In this document: positions 1 through 23,523 of the stretch, piece after piece | How the letters are laid out: the number at the start of each line of letters is the position of its first letter | Position numbering within the stretch: the first letter of the stretch is position 1 | Source of the DNA: the human T2T-CHM13v2.0 reference genome, Homo sapiens | NCBI RefSeq assembly: GCF_009914755.1 | Contig: NC_060944.1 | Direction: 5' to 3' (one strand) | DNA length: 64,000 nt | Program-made: the position numbers and the translations under genes | The notes under the pieces: generated by a model | The model's database searches: none | What the model was told of the DNA's origin: nothing | What the model saw: only the letters and a program-made list of their open reading frames with translations

Positions 1-372
1 TCCTGTCTCCATAGATTAATCTATTCTAGATATTTTATATAAAAGGAATCACACAGTATGTGGCCTTTTATGTCTGGCTTCTTCCACTTAGCATATATTT
101 TTAAAGGTTTATCCACGTTGCAGCATTTATCAGTAGGTCATTCCATTTAGTGGTCAAGTAATATGCCATTGTATGAATATTCCACATTTTAATCATTTGT
201 AAGTTGATGAATGCTAGGATTGTTTCCACTTTTAGCTATTATGAATAATGCTGTTACAAACTGACGTACAAACTTTTGTGTAGACGTAATTCATTTTAGT
301 TTTCTCTTGGGTGAGTGGAATTGCTGGGTCACATGGTAACTTAATCTTTAATTTTAATTAATTTATTTATAG

Positions 373-507
<135 letters not shown>

Positions 508-1241
508 TAGTAGAGACGGGGTTTCGCCATGTTGGCCAGGCTGGGCAATGTTTAATTTTTGATAAGCCAATAAAGTGTTTTCCAAACCAGCTACCCCGTT
601 TTATATCCCCGCTAGCAATGGATGAAAATTCCAGGGCTGGGCGCGGTGGCTCACGCCTGTAATCCAGCACTTTGGGAGGCTGAGGCGGGCAGATCATTTG
701 AGCGCAGTAGTTCGAGACCAGCCTGGGCAACGTGGCAAAACCCTGTCTCTACAAAAAATAAAAAATTAGCCAGGCGTGGTGGCATGCGCCTGTGGTCCCA
801 GCTACTTGGGAGGCTGAGGTAGGAGTATCACTTGAGCCCCAGAAGTCGAGGCTTCAGTGAGCTTTGATTGCGGCACTGCACTCCAGCCCGGGCAACAGAG
901 TGAGAACCTGTCTCAAAAAATAATAAATAAATAAATAAATAAAAATTTTAAAAACAAAATTCCAAATTCTCCACATCCTCACTAACATCTCCCACCTCAG
1001 CCTCCCTAAAAGCTGTGACTACAAGTGCGAGCCACCATGCTCAGCTAATTTTTTTATTTTTGGTAGAGACAGGGTTTCGCCATGTTACCCAGGTCTTAAA
1101 CTCCTGGACTCAAACTATCCACCCACTTTGGCCTCCCAAAGTGCTGGGATTACAGGCTTAAGCCACTGTTCCTGGCCTTTTTTTTTTAAATAAATGATTT
1201 TTAAAAATTTTTATATTGACAAGGCTGGGCGTGGTGGCTCA

Positions 1242-1523
<282 letters not shown>

Positions 1524-1850
1524 TTACATTGACAAATAAAATTAGTATATATTTATCAAGTACATGTTGTTTTGAAATATATATACATTGTGGAATGGCT
1601 AAATTGAGGTAATTAGCATATGTGATTAACTTTAGACTTTAAGGATATGTACTCGTCATAATGGTCTCTATTAGCCAGGAACCTGACAGGAAACAGATGG
1701 CTCATTCAAATTAGAAAAATTAGTGGAAGGTTTAATAAAGAGACTACTTACAAAGGTGTGGACAGAGTGTTAGAGAACCGCAAGGGAAAATACAGTAATC
1801 CTATACAGCCAATCCTATCCCTAGCCTGAAGGGAATAAGAGAATGGTTAC

Positions 1851-2567
<717 letters not shown>

Positions 2568-2616
2568 CTGAAAATAAAAAGTTGTGTAGAGATGGGCACC
2601 TTGGGATAAAATGATA

Positions 2617-3117
<501 letters not shown>

Positions 3118-4429
3118 TGAGAGATGTAGCCAGCCTGAAGCAAATCCTGCAAGAAGGGAGCCAGAGGGATAAACGCCCTTGAACTCACTCCACTCCCTTT
3201 CACCAGTCTCCTGTCTGGGCTCCCCACTGGATGAACCCAACTGGAAGCCAGGAAGAATGAGCCCATTAATTGTAGCTCATACCAGACCACGAGAACAGAG
3301 GATAATGAATTTCTTGGGGCAAAGAATAGGGTGAAAAAGGGTGAAAAGCACATCCACAGGGGGAAATGGAAGATATCCTACACACAAGATTATGCCACAG
3401 TAATAAGCAATTCCAGCGGACTCAAAGAAAGTAGAAGGAAGGAAATAAGATCAAAGCAGAAATTAGCACAACAGACAAACATACACTTGACAGCAACAAG
3501 TCAGTCCCAAGTTTGTTCTTCAAAAAAGAGAAATACAATAAGAAATATCTGGCAAGACTAATCAAGAAAAAGAGAAGGCATAGATAATTAATAATAAAAA
3601 ACAGGCCAGGCATGATGGCTCACACCTGTAATCCCAGCACTTTTGGAGGCTAAGTCAGGAGGATCATTTGGATGCCAGGAGTTTGAGACCACTCTGGGCA
3701 ACATGGCAAAACCCTGCCTCCACACAAAAAATTTTTTTAATTAGCCAGGTGTGATGGTGCATACCTGGAGTTCCAGCTACTTGGAAGGCTAAGGCAGGAG
3801 GATTGCTTGAGTGTGGGAGGTCAAGGCTGCGGTGAGTCGTGATCACACCACTGCACTCCAGCCTGGGCAACAGAGCGAGATCTTTTCTCAAAAAAAAAAG
3901 AACAAAACAGATAGGACAACTTCATGCCAATGAATTCATAGAAAAGTACAACTTTCTAAGTTAGGGAAGAGCAGGGTTTAGGAAAGGACTTTCTTTCGTC
4001 TCTCTGATCTGGCCTGGAATCCGGGGTGTTGACTAATGATCAAGGGTATCCCTGGGTGTGGGGATGAGCTGGCCTTGGCCACAAAGAAGCCTGAATAATG
4101 AAGTGGACTGTGGTTCTAAGAGTAGTCATAGCTAATAGTAGCTGTTAGCTAGTAGATGATGTAATTTCCTTCCATTATGCCTCAGTTTTCAGTCAAGACT
4201 TCTTCAAAGTTATAGCAGTTCTCGTCTAGGTTATGGGGAATTATGTGTAGGCCTGAGTCTCTATTTGAGGCAAAGTAATAGAAGAGAGGGCAGGAGGTAT
4301 ATCCCTGCCTATCAAGGTAGCCAGAGGTTTGCCATGGTACTGAAGAAAATGATCAGCAGCTGAATTAGCCAAGGTTCATGGGCAAAGATGAGGCTGGCAG
4401 ATAAAGCCAGACAAATTCCTGGTTAAAAG

Positions 4430-6110
<1,681 letters not shown>

Positions 6111-6116
6111 ATTTTA

Positions 6117-6485
<369 letters not shown>

Positions 6486-7310
6486 TCAGGAGTTTGAGAC
6501 CACCCTGAGCAACGTGGCAAAATCCCATCTCAACAAAAAATACAAAATTAGGAAAATTAGCCAGGCATGGTGGCATGCTCCAGTTGTCCCAGCTACTCGG
6601 GAGGCTAAGGTGGGAAGATTGCTTGAGCCCAGAAGGTCAGGGATTGCAAGGCTTGCAGGGCTTGCAGTGAGCCGTGATTGCGCCACTGCACTCCAGGCTG
6701 GGCAACAGGGTGAGACCCTGTCTCAAAAAAAAAAAAAACAACTTTGTGGCCAGGGACAGTGGCTCATGCCTGTAATTCCAGTACTTTGGGAGGCTGAGGT
6801 GGGAGGATTGCTTGAGCCCAGGAATTCGAGACCACCCTGGGCAACAAAGCAAGATCCCATCTCTAATGTTTATAAAAATGTAAAAAGAAAAAATTAAAGT
6901 TACAAGAAAATAAAATTTTAAAAAGCAATAAAATTTTACATAATTAAAAGCTCACGTCCTCAGGGAGGCTTTTTCCACCCACCCTATCTAAAGCAGCTTA
7001 TCTTTCCCCATTATTTTCTAGCACAGCCCCGTGTTTTCTTCATGGAACTGATCACAATGTTACTTTATCTATTTACTAGGTTATTTCTTTCTGCTAGAAA
7101 TTTAGTTTCACAAGAATAAAAACTGTTTGCCTTGTTTGCTGCTGAACCTCTGGGGCTGCGGCTGGCACACAAAGGTGCCTGCCCAGCCCCATGGCTCACG
7201 CCTGAAATCCCAGTTAATCAGGAGGCTGAGGCAGGGGATTGTTTGAGCCCAGGAGTTTGAGATCAGCCTGGGCAACATAGGGAGACACCGTCTCTGCAAA
7301 AAAATTTTTA

Positions 7311-7523
<213 letters not shown>

Positions 7524-7700
7524 TCAACTAAAGAGTAAGAAGCAGCCGGGCATGGTGGCTCACGCCCATAATCCCAGCACTTTGGGAGGCCGAGGCGGGT
7601 GGATCACCTGACGTCAGGAGTTCGAGACCAGCCTAGGCAACATGGTGAAACCTCATCTCTACTAAAAATACAAAAAATAAAAATAAAAATAAAAAAATTA

Positions 7701-7919
<219 letters not shown>

Positions 7920-8146
7920 TTATGACAACACTTTCCACAAAGACACCAGAAAAGGAAGGGAGATTCAACTATCGACCCCTAGGATCTTTGGAGCCAGCTA
8001 ACCGCATTTAGCCGTCTCTCCAGCTGCATGAGAAAATTAACTAGAGTCACAATTGCCCGTAGCCACCAATCCTTTCTTTGAATGAAATCTCATGAGACAG
8101 CCCAATATGTAAAACATGATAACCAAAATATGATAGCCAAAAGCAA

Positions 8147-8152
8147 TTTATT
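8147..8152 (-). terminator. EDEM2: EDEM2 polyadenylation signal AATAAA
   Basis: tttatt on the + strand 45 nt after the stop codon, followed on the minus strand by a GU/U-rich downstream element. Confidence 0.8.
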
Positions 8153-8197
8153 ATAGTTTAGCCTCAAAAAAATAAAAATAAAAAAATTATCCAGTGG

Positions 8198-8698
8198 TTA
8201 TGAGGAGTCTAGGAAAACCTGTCCCAGTAATGCCAACTTGGAGGTGAAGGGCTGACTGGGGCAGCTGAGAAGTGGGACCTTCTGTTTGGCAGGCTTCCTC
8301 TCCCTTGCCTGGTCATGGTTTTCTGGTGAGAAGAGTGTTCCTGGCCTTGCTGGAGGTTCCCATGGCCCCGAACTAACAGTGTTTTTCTGAAATTTCGACC
8401 TGCTCCGTTTGAGAGAGTAGAATTCCCTCATCAAGTCCTCCACCTCCCACTGCTCTTCCTTCAGCCTCTGGCAGCAGTGCAGGGCGGCAGGGTCGATGGG
8501 GTGAGCTTCTGTGTTGAAGATGTACCCCCCAGCCCCCAGGATGCACTCCCCATAGGGGGTGATCACCGCGTCGAAGGTGGACCCATTGTTGTGGATGAAG
8601 TTGGTTGGGTCAAACAGGAGGTAGAGGTATTTCACAGTCTCGGCCAGGAAGAACGACTCCATGCGGTTGTCCAGCTTGTGGTCTCGCAGATCTTTGAT
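8198..8698 (-). CDS. EDEM2: EDEM2 exon 11 coding part (501 nt; [24 protein letters not shown]...FNTEAH...VFLDSS*)
   Basis: Acceptor tgtcag|ATC; GH47 motifs [15 protein letters not shown] and FNTEAHP; contains C558; TAA stop; exon lengths total 1737 nt. Confidence 0.97.
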   Translation of the reverse strand: MKDLRDHKLDNRMESFFLAETVKYLYLLFDPTNFIHNNGSTFDAVITPYGECILGAGGYIFNTEAHPIDPAALHCCQRLKEEQWEVEDLMREFYSLKRSRSKFQKNTVSSGPWEPPARPGTLFSPENHDQARERKPAKQKVPLLSCPSQPFTSKLALLGQVFLDSS

Positions 8699-9524
8699 CT
8701 GACATGTGGGAGAAGGAAGCAAGCTGGAACACCATCACAATTTAGTAGTAAGGGTCAGGCAATCCCTTAAGAAGGCCTGTTCTGCCACAAAGCAGCTGAG
8801 GGCCTGTGAGCAAATCACTGAACTTTTCAGAACTTCACTCTTTCCCAAGCCACCATCATCTCTCACCTGGATTATCACATAAGCTTCCAAATGGGCTCCC
8901 AGCTTCCAATCTTAGCCCTGCAGTTTATATACACACACTATTTTAAAAAATAGGGACAGGGTCTCACACCATGTTGCCCAGGCTGGTCTCAAATCCCTGG
9001 GCTCAAGCAATTCCTCCTACCTTGGCCTCCCAAAGTGCCAGGATAACAGGCGTGAGACACACACCAAGCCCCTACAGTATCTGTATAACATAAGTCTTCC
9101 TGTCAATTCTCTACTCACAACTTTCTGTGAGCCCTCCATTTCATGCAGGATAAAAATGCAAGTCATGACCTGGCCCCTGCTCCCTTCCTGCCCTCACCTC
9201 TTACCACTCTAAGAGCTCCAGCTGCTGCCTTTCTGTCCTGAGCTAGCACAGCACCCTCCTGCTTCGGGCTCTTTGCATCTGTGGTTCTTTCAGCCTGGAG
9301 CACTCCGCCTCCAGTTTTTCTCATAGCTTGTTCCCTCCCTTCCTTCAGGTCTCTGCTCAAATGCTTCCTCACCAGAAAGGTCTCCGCTAACCTTGCTCTA
9401 TGACATGACAATCTCCTATCCCCTTTATCCCAACTTTTTGTGACTATAAACATAGAGCTAATCGTCCCTTTTAATGATGGCAGAGTATTCCATCGTGAAA
9501 ATGGATCACCATTTACTTGGCTAA

Positions 9525-9792
<268 letters not shown>

Positions 9793-11362
9793 TGATCTGC
9801 CTGCCTTGGCCTCCCAAAGTGCCGGGATTACAAGCCTGAGCCACTGCGCCTGGCCAATTACCAAGTTTTTGTAAGCAACTAATAAGGGGTCTTTTTTTCT
9901 CCACTCAGACCCAAAGTATCGACACTTACTAGGTTCAACTGCTGTTGATGAAAACTATTGACATTGTTTTAGTAAGGAGTCTTATTTAGAGAATTTCAAC
10001 TGAGTTTTCAGGCATGGATGACTAAGATTACTTGCTACAAACATTTATTTTAGCTTCTCAGAATTAGTAATACTTCTAAACAAAACATTCTCAGTGGACT
10101 CTATCTTACATTTAAAAATATGACTCAAATATGGTCTTGATGTATCAAGATGATTATTTCCTTGCCCTGTTTGAGAAAGGTCAGACCCCTGTTCCCATCA
10201 TTCACCATGGAAGACCTCCAAAGGGCTTCATGTTCATGGAAATGAGCCCAGCATTCCTAGGAAGGCCCCAGTGGGCTTATCATTTTGGTTTTTCACACAA
10301 TACAGCATATTAGAAACCAAATCATATCAGGGGTTTATTTTTTCCCTTCCACATGTAGGTCTTCTCTCTTCCCCTACACATATCTATATTTTACTTATAG
10401 AATATAATCACATTACAAACTTTTGCAAAATAAGTGTTTTGTTGTTGTTTTGAATTCCATACCCCAACACTGTAGGCTTTTCAGGGGATTTTCTTCCAGA
10501 CTATTTTCTTCTACTTTCATATTTATATCTTGCCTGCTTGGTTCCTGCATGGATGTGAGATGGCTCTCACCTTTGACCCTTTCAATCTATTCTTCACAAA
10601 GCAGCCAAAGCGATCTTTCTAAAATACAAATCAGATCATGTCACTGCTCTGCTGTAAATCCTACCAAGGCTTCACATTCCAAGTAGAAAAAAAAACCCAA
10701 ACTCTTTCCTGTGGCTTACACAAAACCCTACATGATCTAGCCCCTGCCTACCTCTGGGACCTTATCTCTTCCCACTTTTCTCCTTGCTTGCTCCGCTCCA
10801 GCCACACTGGCCTTCTGTCTACCAGATACACATTCATGGTTTTTTTCTCATTAAAATGTAAGCTCCATGAGAGCAAGGCCACTGCTGTAACCCTTGGGCC
10901 TAGCAGAGTGCCTGGCATGTGAAAGACATTCAAGAAATATCTGTGAGACTAAGCAGGACTGCTTTGTTAAGGCGTCCCAGGTTTGAATATAGGGCTATGG
11001 GACTCTGGATTCCCCTTAAAATCTATTTTAGTGTCTCACAAAACTTTTCGCTAAACTCACCTTTTCAAAGTCACCTATTCAAACAGATCAAAGATCTCCA
11101 CTGTGGGAGGAATGCCAAGGGCCGGGGTCAAGATCCCAAGGAACTAATCCTAGCTCTACCTCTACTAGCTGTGAGATCTTTAGCAAGGCACTTAGCTTCT
11201 CTGTTCTTTGGTCTCCCCATCTGTAAAATATGAGCATTATGTATATCTCCAAGGTCCCTTCTAGTGCTGATATGTCAGAACTCCCAAAGCTCTACCCTTA
11301 AAGAGGCTTTTTAGCAGCAAGGGGAGACTCTTCCCAGTTCTTGGGGCCATGCAAACACTTAC

Positions 11363-11484
11363 TGTTGCAAATCCGCACTCCACCTTGCTGATTTTTTCAA
11401 TGGATTCCACAGCATCTCTTCCGAGTTCTAGGAGGGTGGGATCCCCCGTGGCACGGTAGAGGTACATTGCGCTTTCAATAAGTT
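11363..11484 (-). CDS. EDEM2: EDEM2 exon 10 (122 nt; [16 protein letters not shown]...VECGFAT)
   Basis: Acceptor ttgcag|AA, donor ACA|GTAAGT; contains C408. Confidence 0.96.
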
Positions 11485-12019
11485 CTGCAAAGTCCAAAGC
11501 AGACCCTCCTCACTCAGTGGCTGCACAGAGATGGCCAGGGGCCTCTTAGGGCCGTGAGGGACTACTCCCCTCCATATCTTGTCCATAAGGCCCCAACTAG
11601 CAGGAACACAGGATACCTCACCCAGTGCTGAGTTTCAGAGCCAGTATACCCAAAGCTTGAAGCTCAGTGGAGACCAGCATTAAGGCTGACCAGTGACTTC
11701 CACCACAAGGGAGAGAAAGGTGGCCAGGTTCTGGCATAGAGAAGGTGGCGGAGGTTGTTGCCTAATTCCCAATATCTGTTCCCTGCTTCCTCCTTAGTAG
11801 CAGGATTCCTAACTTTAGCTAAGCACAGGCTGCCTGGCTGCCAACACTAACAACTATTCTAACAGCTAGGTGGGATTAAGGACACCATGGCGAGCCATAT
11901 AAGCCCAGAACATGAGAGAGAAATACATTTCTATCCTAATTAAGCTACTATTTTTTTTCCTGTCACTCAGAGTCTAACCTAATTCTAAAACTCAAAAGAA
12001 GAGTAAGAGCTTGGCATCA

Positions 12020-12214
<195 letters not shown>

Positions 12215-13227
12215 TTAGCTGGGTGTGGCATGCACCTGTAGTCCTAGCTACTCAGGAGGCTGAGGTAGGAGGATCACTTGAGCCCAGGAGTTTGAGGCTG
12301 CAGTGAGCCATGATTAAGCCACTGCGGCACTCCAGCCTGGATGACAAGAGTGAGACCTTATCTCAAAAAATAAAAATTAAAAAAATAAAATAAAATAAAC
12401 CACCAAACCGTCAATCTAACAAAGACGTAGTCATCAGTTCACTGTGGCCAGAAAAAGTGATGTTTTGTCTTGCCCAATTCTATGCCACAACTGGAACTTG
12501 ATGTTAAGACATGAGCTCTACCTTAAGATGAATATTAGCCAACAGGAGTGGGTCCAGATGAGAATATTTATTCTAGAGATAAGGAAATCCAAAAAAAATG
12601 TGTTTATTGCTTTCAAATACCTGAAGAACTGTTGTAGAGTTGACTTCAAGGGTGGCCTCAGCTCAGTATGTTTTTCTACTTCATCCATCTTTTCTAAGAG
12701 ACAGAAGAACCCCTGTCTCCTTTCTATACCATCATCTCCCCCTGACCTTCTCCTGTCCTGTTTCCTCCTGGGCTTGATCAGTGCTTCTGTCCCTTTTGGC
12801 TTATTGCTGCAAACTCTGGTTCTTATTTTATTCCGTTAATTACTTTTTTGTGACAGAGTCTCACTCTGTCACCCAGGCTGGAGTGCCATGGTGCGATCTC
12901 CGCTCACTGCAACTCTGCCTCCTGGGTTCAAGGGATTCTCATGCCTCAACCTCTCAAGTAGCTGGAATTACAGGCATGCGCCACCAGGCCTGACTAATTT
13001 TTGTATTTTTAGTGGAGACAGGGTTTCGCCATGTTGGCCAGGCTGGTCTCAAACTCCTGACCTCAAGTCATCCGCCAGTCTTGGCTTCCTGAAGTGTTGA
13101 GATAACAGGCGTGAGTCACTGCACCCAGCCTCTAGTTCTTATTTTAGAGAAAAGGTCTCTGCCTATCTCCCCAGTTCTCTCTTACTTCCTCCTCCCCTCT
13201 CCTCACAGGCCTCTAGACAATTGCTAA

Positions 13228-13601
<374 letters not shown>

Positions 13602-13795
13602 TGATCCACCGCCTTGGCCTCCCAAAGTGCTGGGATTACAGGCGTGAGCCACCACACCCAGCCCTCTTCTGCTTCTAGCAGCTGGTGGGCCAGTGCCCTC
13701 ATGACCAGCCATCACGCTTCTCTCCTCACATGTGGGCCTCCTAAGCATGTTAGTTATTGCTTTACTTTCCTGTGCATCTGACCAACTCTGTCGAG

Positions 13796-14325
13796 CAGTG
13801 GTCCCCAACCGTTTTGGCACCAGGGACCAGTTTCGTGGAAGACAATTTTTCCAGGAACTGGGCTTGTAGGAGATGGTTTTGGGATAATTCATGTGCATTA
13901 CATTTATTGTGCACTTTATTTATATTATTATTACATTGTAATATATAATGAAATAATTATACAATCCACCATAATGTAGAGTCAGTGGGAGCCCTGAGTT
14001 TGTTTTCCTGCAACTAGACAGCCCTATCTGGGGTTGATGGATGACAGTGACAGATCATCAGGCATCAGCTTCTCCTAAGGAGCACACAACCTAGATCCCT
14101 CACATATGCAGTTCACAATAGGGTTTGTGCTCCTATGAACGTCTAATGCCACCACGGATAAGACAAGAGGCGGAGCTCAGGCAGCAATGTGAGCGATGAG
14201 GAGCAGCTATAAATATAGATGAAGCTTTGCTTGCTCACACGCCGCTCACCTCCTGCTGTGTGGCCTGGTTTCTAACAGGCCATGGACTTGTACCGGTCCA
14301 CGGCCTGGGGGTTGGGGAATCCCTG
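13796..14325. mobile_element. MER1A-like hAT-Charlie DNA transposon
   Basis: TIRs CAGTGGTCCCCAACC...GGTTGGGGAATCCCTG; degenerate 8-bp TSD ctgtcgag/ctctagag; about 530 bp. Confidence 0.85.
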
Positions 14326-14678
14326 CTCTAGAGGAAGGAGACAGCCCAAAGTTCAGATTTGGACTTAGAGGAAGGTAAAAGCCTGCAGAGGCCTTTAGGC
14401 TAGGCTCTGTGCTCCAACACTGCTGATCAGAGAGACATATACGAAAGTACAGGGCTCTGGCCAATTTAGTGAAAGAGTAGTCCTTATCTCCTATTTGCCA
14501 TTGTTTTGGGGTAGGAGGGATGACTGGATTAACGCACTCCTGGATTCCTGACAGCGGTGCCTTATGTTTTTTTTTTTGGAGACAGGGTCTCACTCCATTG
14601 CCCAGGCTGGATTGCAGTGGCGCCATCATGGCTCACTGCAGCTACGACCACCTGGGCTCAAGTGATCCTCCCAGGTAG

Positions 14679-14873
<195 letters not shown>

Positions 14874-15135
14874 TGAATGCCTTCCTGCCAGCCTGTCCCA
14901 AATGGAACAGGTTGCCTCTGTTAAGTAGCAAGCTCCTTGTCACTCGTGGTAACTAAGCAAAAACTAGATAACCACTTGACAGGGCCATATTAGGAAAATT
15001 CCAATTAGAACACCTCTCAGGTTCCCTCTAACCCTAAGATTGTGCAAGCCTATGTCTTACATTTAGTTCCAAACCCTAATCTTTACCTGTTGGTAACACC
15101 AGATACGATACCTTCTCAGAGCTTCTTATTTTTAA

Positions 15136-15452
<317 letters not shown>

Positions 15453-16051
15453 TAAAAACATGCCATGAGAACAAATGCATGAGAAACATCAATAACAGTG
15501 GCCTCTAAGGAGTCAAAAGTTGATGAATTTGCTCTTTATTCCCTCTCCTGGTCCCCTCTACACCTCCTACGATAATCACTTGAGTTAGAAGAGGAAGGAA
15601 ATGGGGTAGAGGAAGGCAGGATAACCAGAAGGCCTGTCCCATGGCTAAAAGGCAATTCAGGTGGGAAAGTGGGAAGTGTCTAAGACAATGGGCTCATAGC
15701 CTGTTTTGGGGTGGGGGATGACTATGTGTGCTGACTAAGCTTCCTTCCTTTGTCCCTCTTTTTCTTTCCCTCCTCACAATTTTCAGCTTCCCTGAAGTGA
15801 ATCAAATGACATTAGGGCTAGAAAGGAACCTATGAGAGTGTCTCAAATATAGTCCTTTGCTTGATTCTGAGCTGCAAATGGGGAGGTGGAAGAGACTAGG
15901 TAATTCCTAAGGTCCGCCCCAAAGTTCTAACATTCCATACACGTAAGCATAATTTATCTGACCCATGGACTTAGGAAGCTTGCCTACACTTCTGAAATCC
16001 TGATGGCAGGAGCTCAAAAGGAGTCAACCTTGGCCTTTTCCTTCTCACTCA

Positions 16052-16393
<342 letters not shown>

Positions 16394-16655
16394 TTAGGAG
16401 CCCTGGGTTCCAGGCCTAGCTCCTGCACTTAAGAGCCAGAGGCGAGCCATTTCATCCCACTAGGCCTCAGTTTCCATATCTGAAAACATGGGGATAATTA
16501 ACTCCTAGTAAGAAAACCACCCAGAGCCACTGAAAGGAACAGATGGAAAGAAATGAACTTGTGGGCAGTTGTGGAGGATGGAGCCTAGTAGAGGGGATTT
16601 GGGGTTTCAGCAACCAGAGCCTGTGGGCAGATGACAAGCCAGAAATGCTGCTCAC

Positions 16656-16800
16656 CTGGCCGAAGTGGGTAGCCCTCTCGCTTCTCCACTGTGTATCCCT
16701 GAGGAATGTTGTAGAATTCCGGGAGCCCCCCAAACTGCTTCCATACAGTGTAGTAGTTGAGGAAGGTCCTCATGGCATTGTCAATGTCTCCAATGAGGCT
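16656..16800 (-). CDS. EDEM2: EDEM2 exon 9 (145 nt; SLIGDIDNAMRT...GLPE...YPLRP)
   Basis: Acceptor cacag|AGC, donor G|GTGAGC; GH47 Y.LRPE motif spans the junction. Confidence 0.96.
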
Positions 16801-17317
16801 CTGTGGGAGAAAGTGGCTGTCAGGCAGGTAGACACCAGGCATAAAACCCCACAGACAACCTTAAGAAAAGACAAAGTAAAATCTGTGGGGCCAAAAAGGC
16901 CTTGAATCAATCCCTGAGTCTGCCAGTTACTCAGTGTGGTGCTGAGCCAGGCACTGGACTTCTCTGAGCCCCATCTATAAAACGTAAAATACACCACCTA
17001 TCTCATGCATTGTTGGAAGGAACAAAGATTGTATATTAAGTCCCTAAATCTTCAGAGTCAATGTCAGCTAACAGTTTTGGAATTCGGCCAGCCAGTTAAA
17101 AATTCTAAGACTAGAGAAAAGTTTGTGCTAAGGCTCACTCCCACACCACACCCCCAAAAGATAACCATTTTTGTTTTTGTTTTTGAGACAGGGTCTCGCT
17201 CTGTCACCTAGGCTGGAGTGCAGTGGCACAATCACGGTTCATTACAGCCTTGACCTCCTGGGCTCAAGAGATCCTCTCACCTCAGCCTCCCAGTGCTAAT
17301 TTTTTTATTTTCTGTAG

Positions 17318-17485
<168 letters not shown>

Positions 17486-18087
17486 TGAGTATATGTTATT
17501 TTCCCCACACTAAAAAATAGCCTTTGGTTCTTTATTAATAGGGATATTAATTATCTCCATATTTTTAGATATGGAAATTTGGCTTTCAGATATTTTTATT
17601 TGAATTGGTTCCAACAACTAATGTGGCAATAAATAATTCTGTATATATGTCACATCAAATAGATGTAAAATGTTATGTGTAAGATACATTTTCAGAATTA
17701 GGATCACTGGGTCAAAGGATATATGCATTTATAATTTTACCACTATTGCTAAGTAGCCATTACTATTAATGTAATCTCACAGGGAAGCAGCTGACCCTGA
17801 CATCTTCATTGGATGTCTCATGGACAGAACAAACTTGGCACTTCCTAAACAAAATTCTTGGTTCCCTTACTTTCCCATGAAATTGCCTCCCTACTTTGGC
17901 CTTTTTCCCTTCTTGGTAAATGACACAATGTCTACCTGGTTATTCTGGATAGAAACCCGGTGGCCACTTTTTTTTTTTTTTTTGAGACAGGGTCTCACTC
18001 TATCACCCAGGCTGCAGTGGCATGATCATGGCTCACTGCAGCCTTGATCTTCTGGGTTCAAGCAATCCTTCCACTGCAGTCTCCTGA

Positions 18088-18354
<267 letters not shown>

Positions 18355-19015
18355 TAGCCAGGATGGTCTCAATCTCCTAACCTTGTGATCCGCCTGCCTC
18401 GGCCTGCCAAAGCGCTGGGATTATAGGCCTGAGCCACCGCGCCCGACCTAATTTTTTATTTTTTGTAGAGATGAGGTCTCACTATGTTGCCCAGGTGGGA
18501 CTACTTTTTCTTAAAACTTTTAAAAACGTAGATTATAAAAACATTTTGGTACATGCACTATTTTGGAACACCAAAGTGGGGTAGATTAGATAAGCTCTAA
18601 AATCCTTCCAGCTGCAACTCTACCAGACCATGTAACGGAAAAACAACGAGATGGCACAGCGGCACAAGCTGCTTCCTGCCCTTCCTGAGGCCCACTGTCA
18701 AGAATGAGATTGGACAGAAACGCCCAGTGGAGAAACACCTGTTGCCAATGGCCATTCCTGCCCAGACTGGAAATGCACTGTCGACTTTAAGTACTGTAAC
18801 ACTCCATGGCAAACTGGAAGCTCAGTTCCTGACACTCAATTTGGCAGAACTCTAAATCTATCTAATTCACTCTAGGTCTCTCTTCCATCCTCAACCTGTC
18901 CCTCCAAAAAAAGTACTCAAGCAACTAACAAAGTACCTTATTTGACTTATACATCAGAATGAGCTTGCTTTGCCAGACTCATAGAAAGATGATCACATTC
19001 TTTGATCATTCCTAC

Positions 19016-19140
19016 CTGAAGACCAGGCCAGTAGGCCTCCAAGGACTGGAAGACTGGCATGGACACAGTCCCCTTGTACATCTGAACCCACAGGTACCAG
19101 TCATCGAAGCGGGTGTAGTTCCGGATGGCTTTGTTATACT
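19016..19140 (-). CDS. EDEM2: EDEM2 exon 8 (125 nt; [16 protein letters not shown]...AYWPGLQ)
   Basis: Acceptor ctgcag|AG, donor CAG|GTAGGA; frame is continuous. Confidence 0.96.
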
Positions 19141-19364
19141 CTGCAGTGAGGGAGATGGGATAATGGACATATGAGTGATTAGGGAGAAAAAAGGCAGGCC
19201 TGGACAGCGGAAGCGAGAACTTACACTTTGGAAAGAGCACCAGGATGCAATGAGGCAAGGAGGCTAGACAAGAGCATGGATTCTGGAGTCAAACTTCCAG
19301 CTCAAATTCCAGCTCCAGCTCTACCACTTGCTAACCGTGACCTGGGGTGGGTTTTTCCCTTTTA

Positions 19365-20060
<696 letters not shown>

Positions 20061-20466
20061 GTAATGTTAGGTATCTGTGGAATTTTTCAGTCATTTATTT
20101 ATACCACAAACATTCGCTAAGCACCTACTAGGTTCCAGGCTCCTATGAGTTTGTAAACAAGACAAAATCCAGCCTTCAGAGAACTTACATTCTAGTAGGA
20201 ACTTGAATTTATCCCTCATATCTCTCCCCTAGATTGTAAATCCATGAGGCCTGGGACTTTGTTTTGTCTACTGCAGAATCCCCCACACTAGTACAATGAG
20301 CAATAAACATTTTCTGAATGAACAAAGTACCAAATATACATGCAAATAAATAAGATAATCTCAAACAGGAGTTGTAAGGATTATATGAAACAGTCCATGT
20401 TCAGAGCTTGGCACAATGCTTGGTACATCCGTGGTATTCAATAAATATTTGTTGAATAAATGAGTA

Positions 20467-23523
<3,057 letters not shown>

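Noticed and set aside
8699-8722. N-terminal MLPSPTCQ of the 174-aa ORF
   Set aside because: Intronic sequence upstream of the exon 11 acceptor
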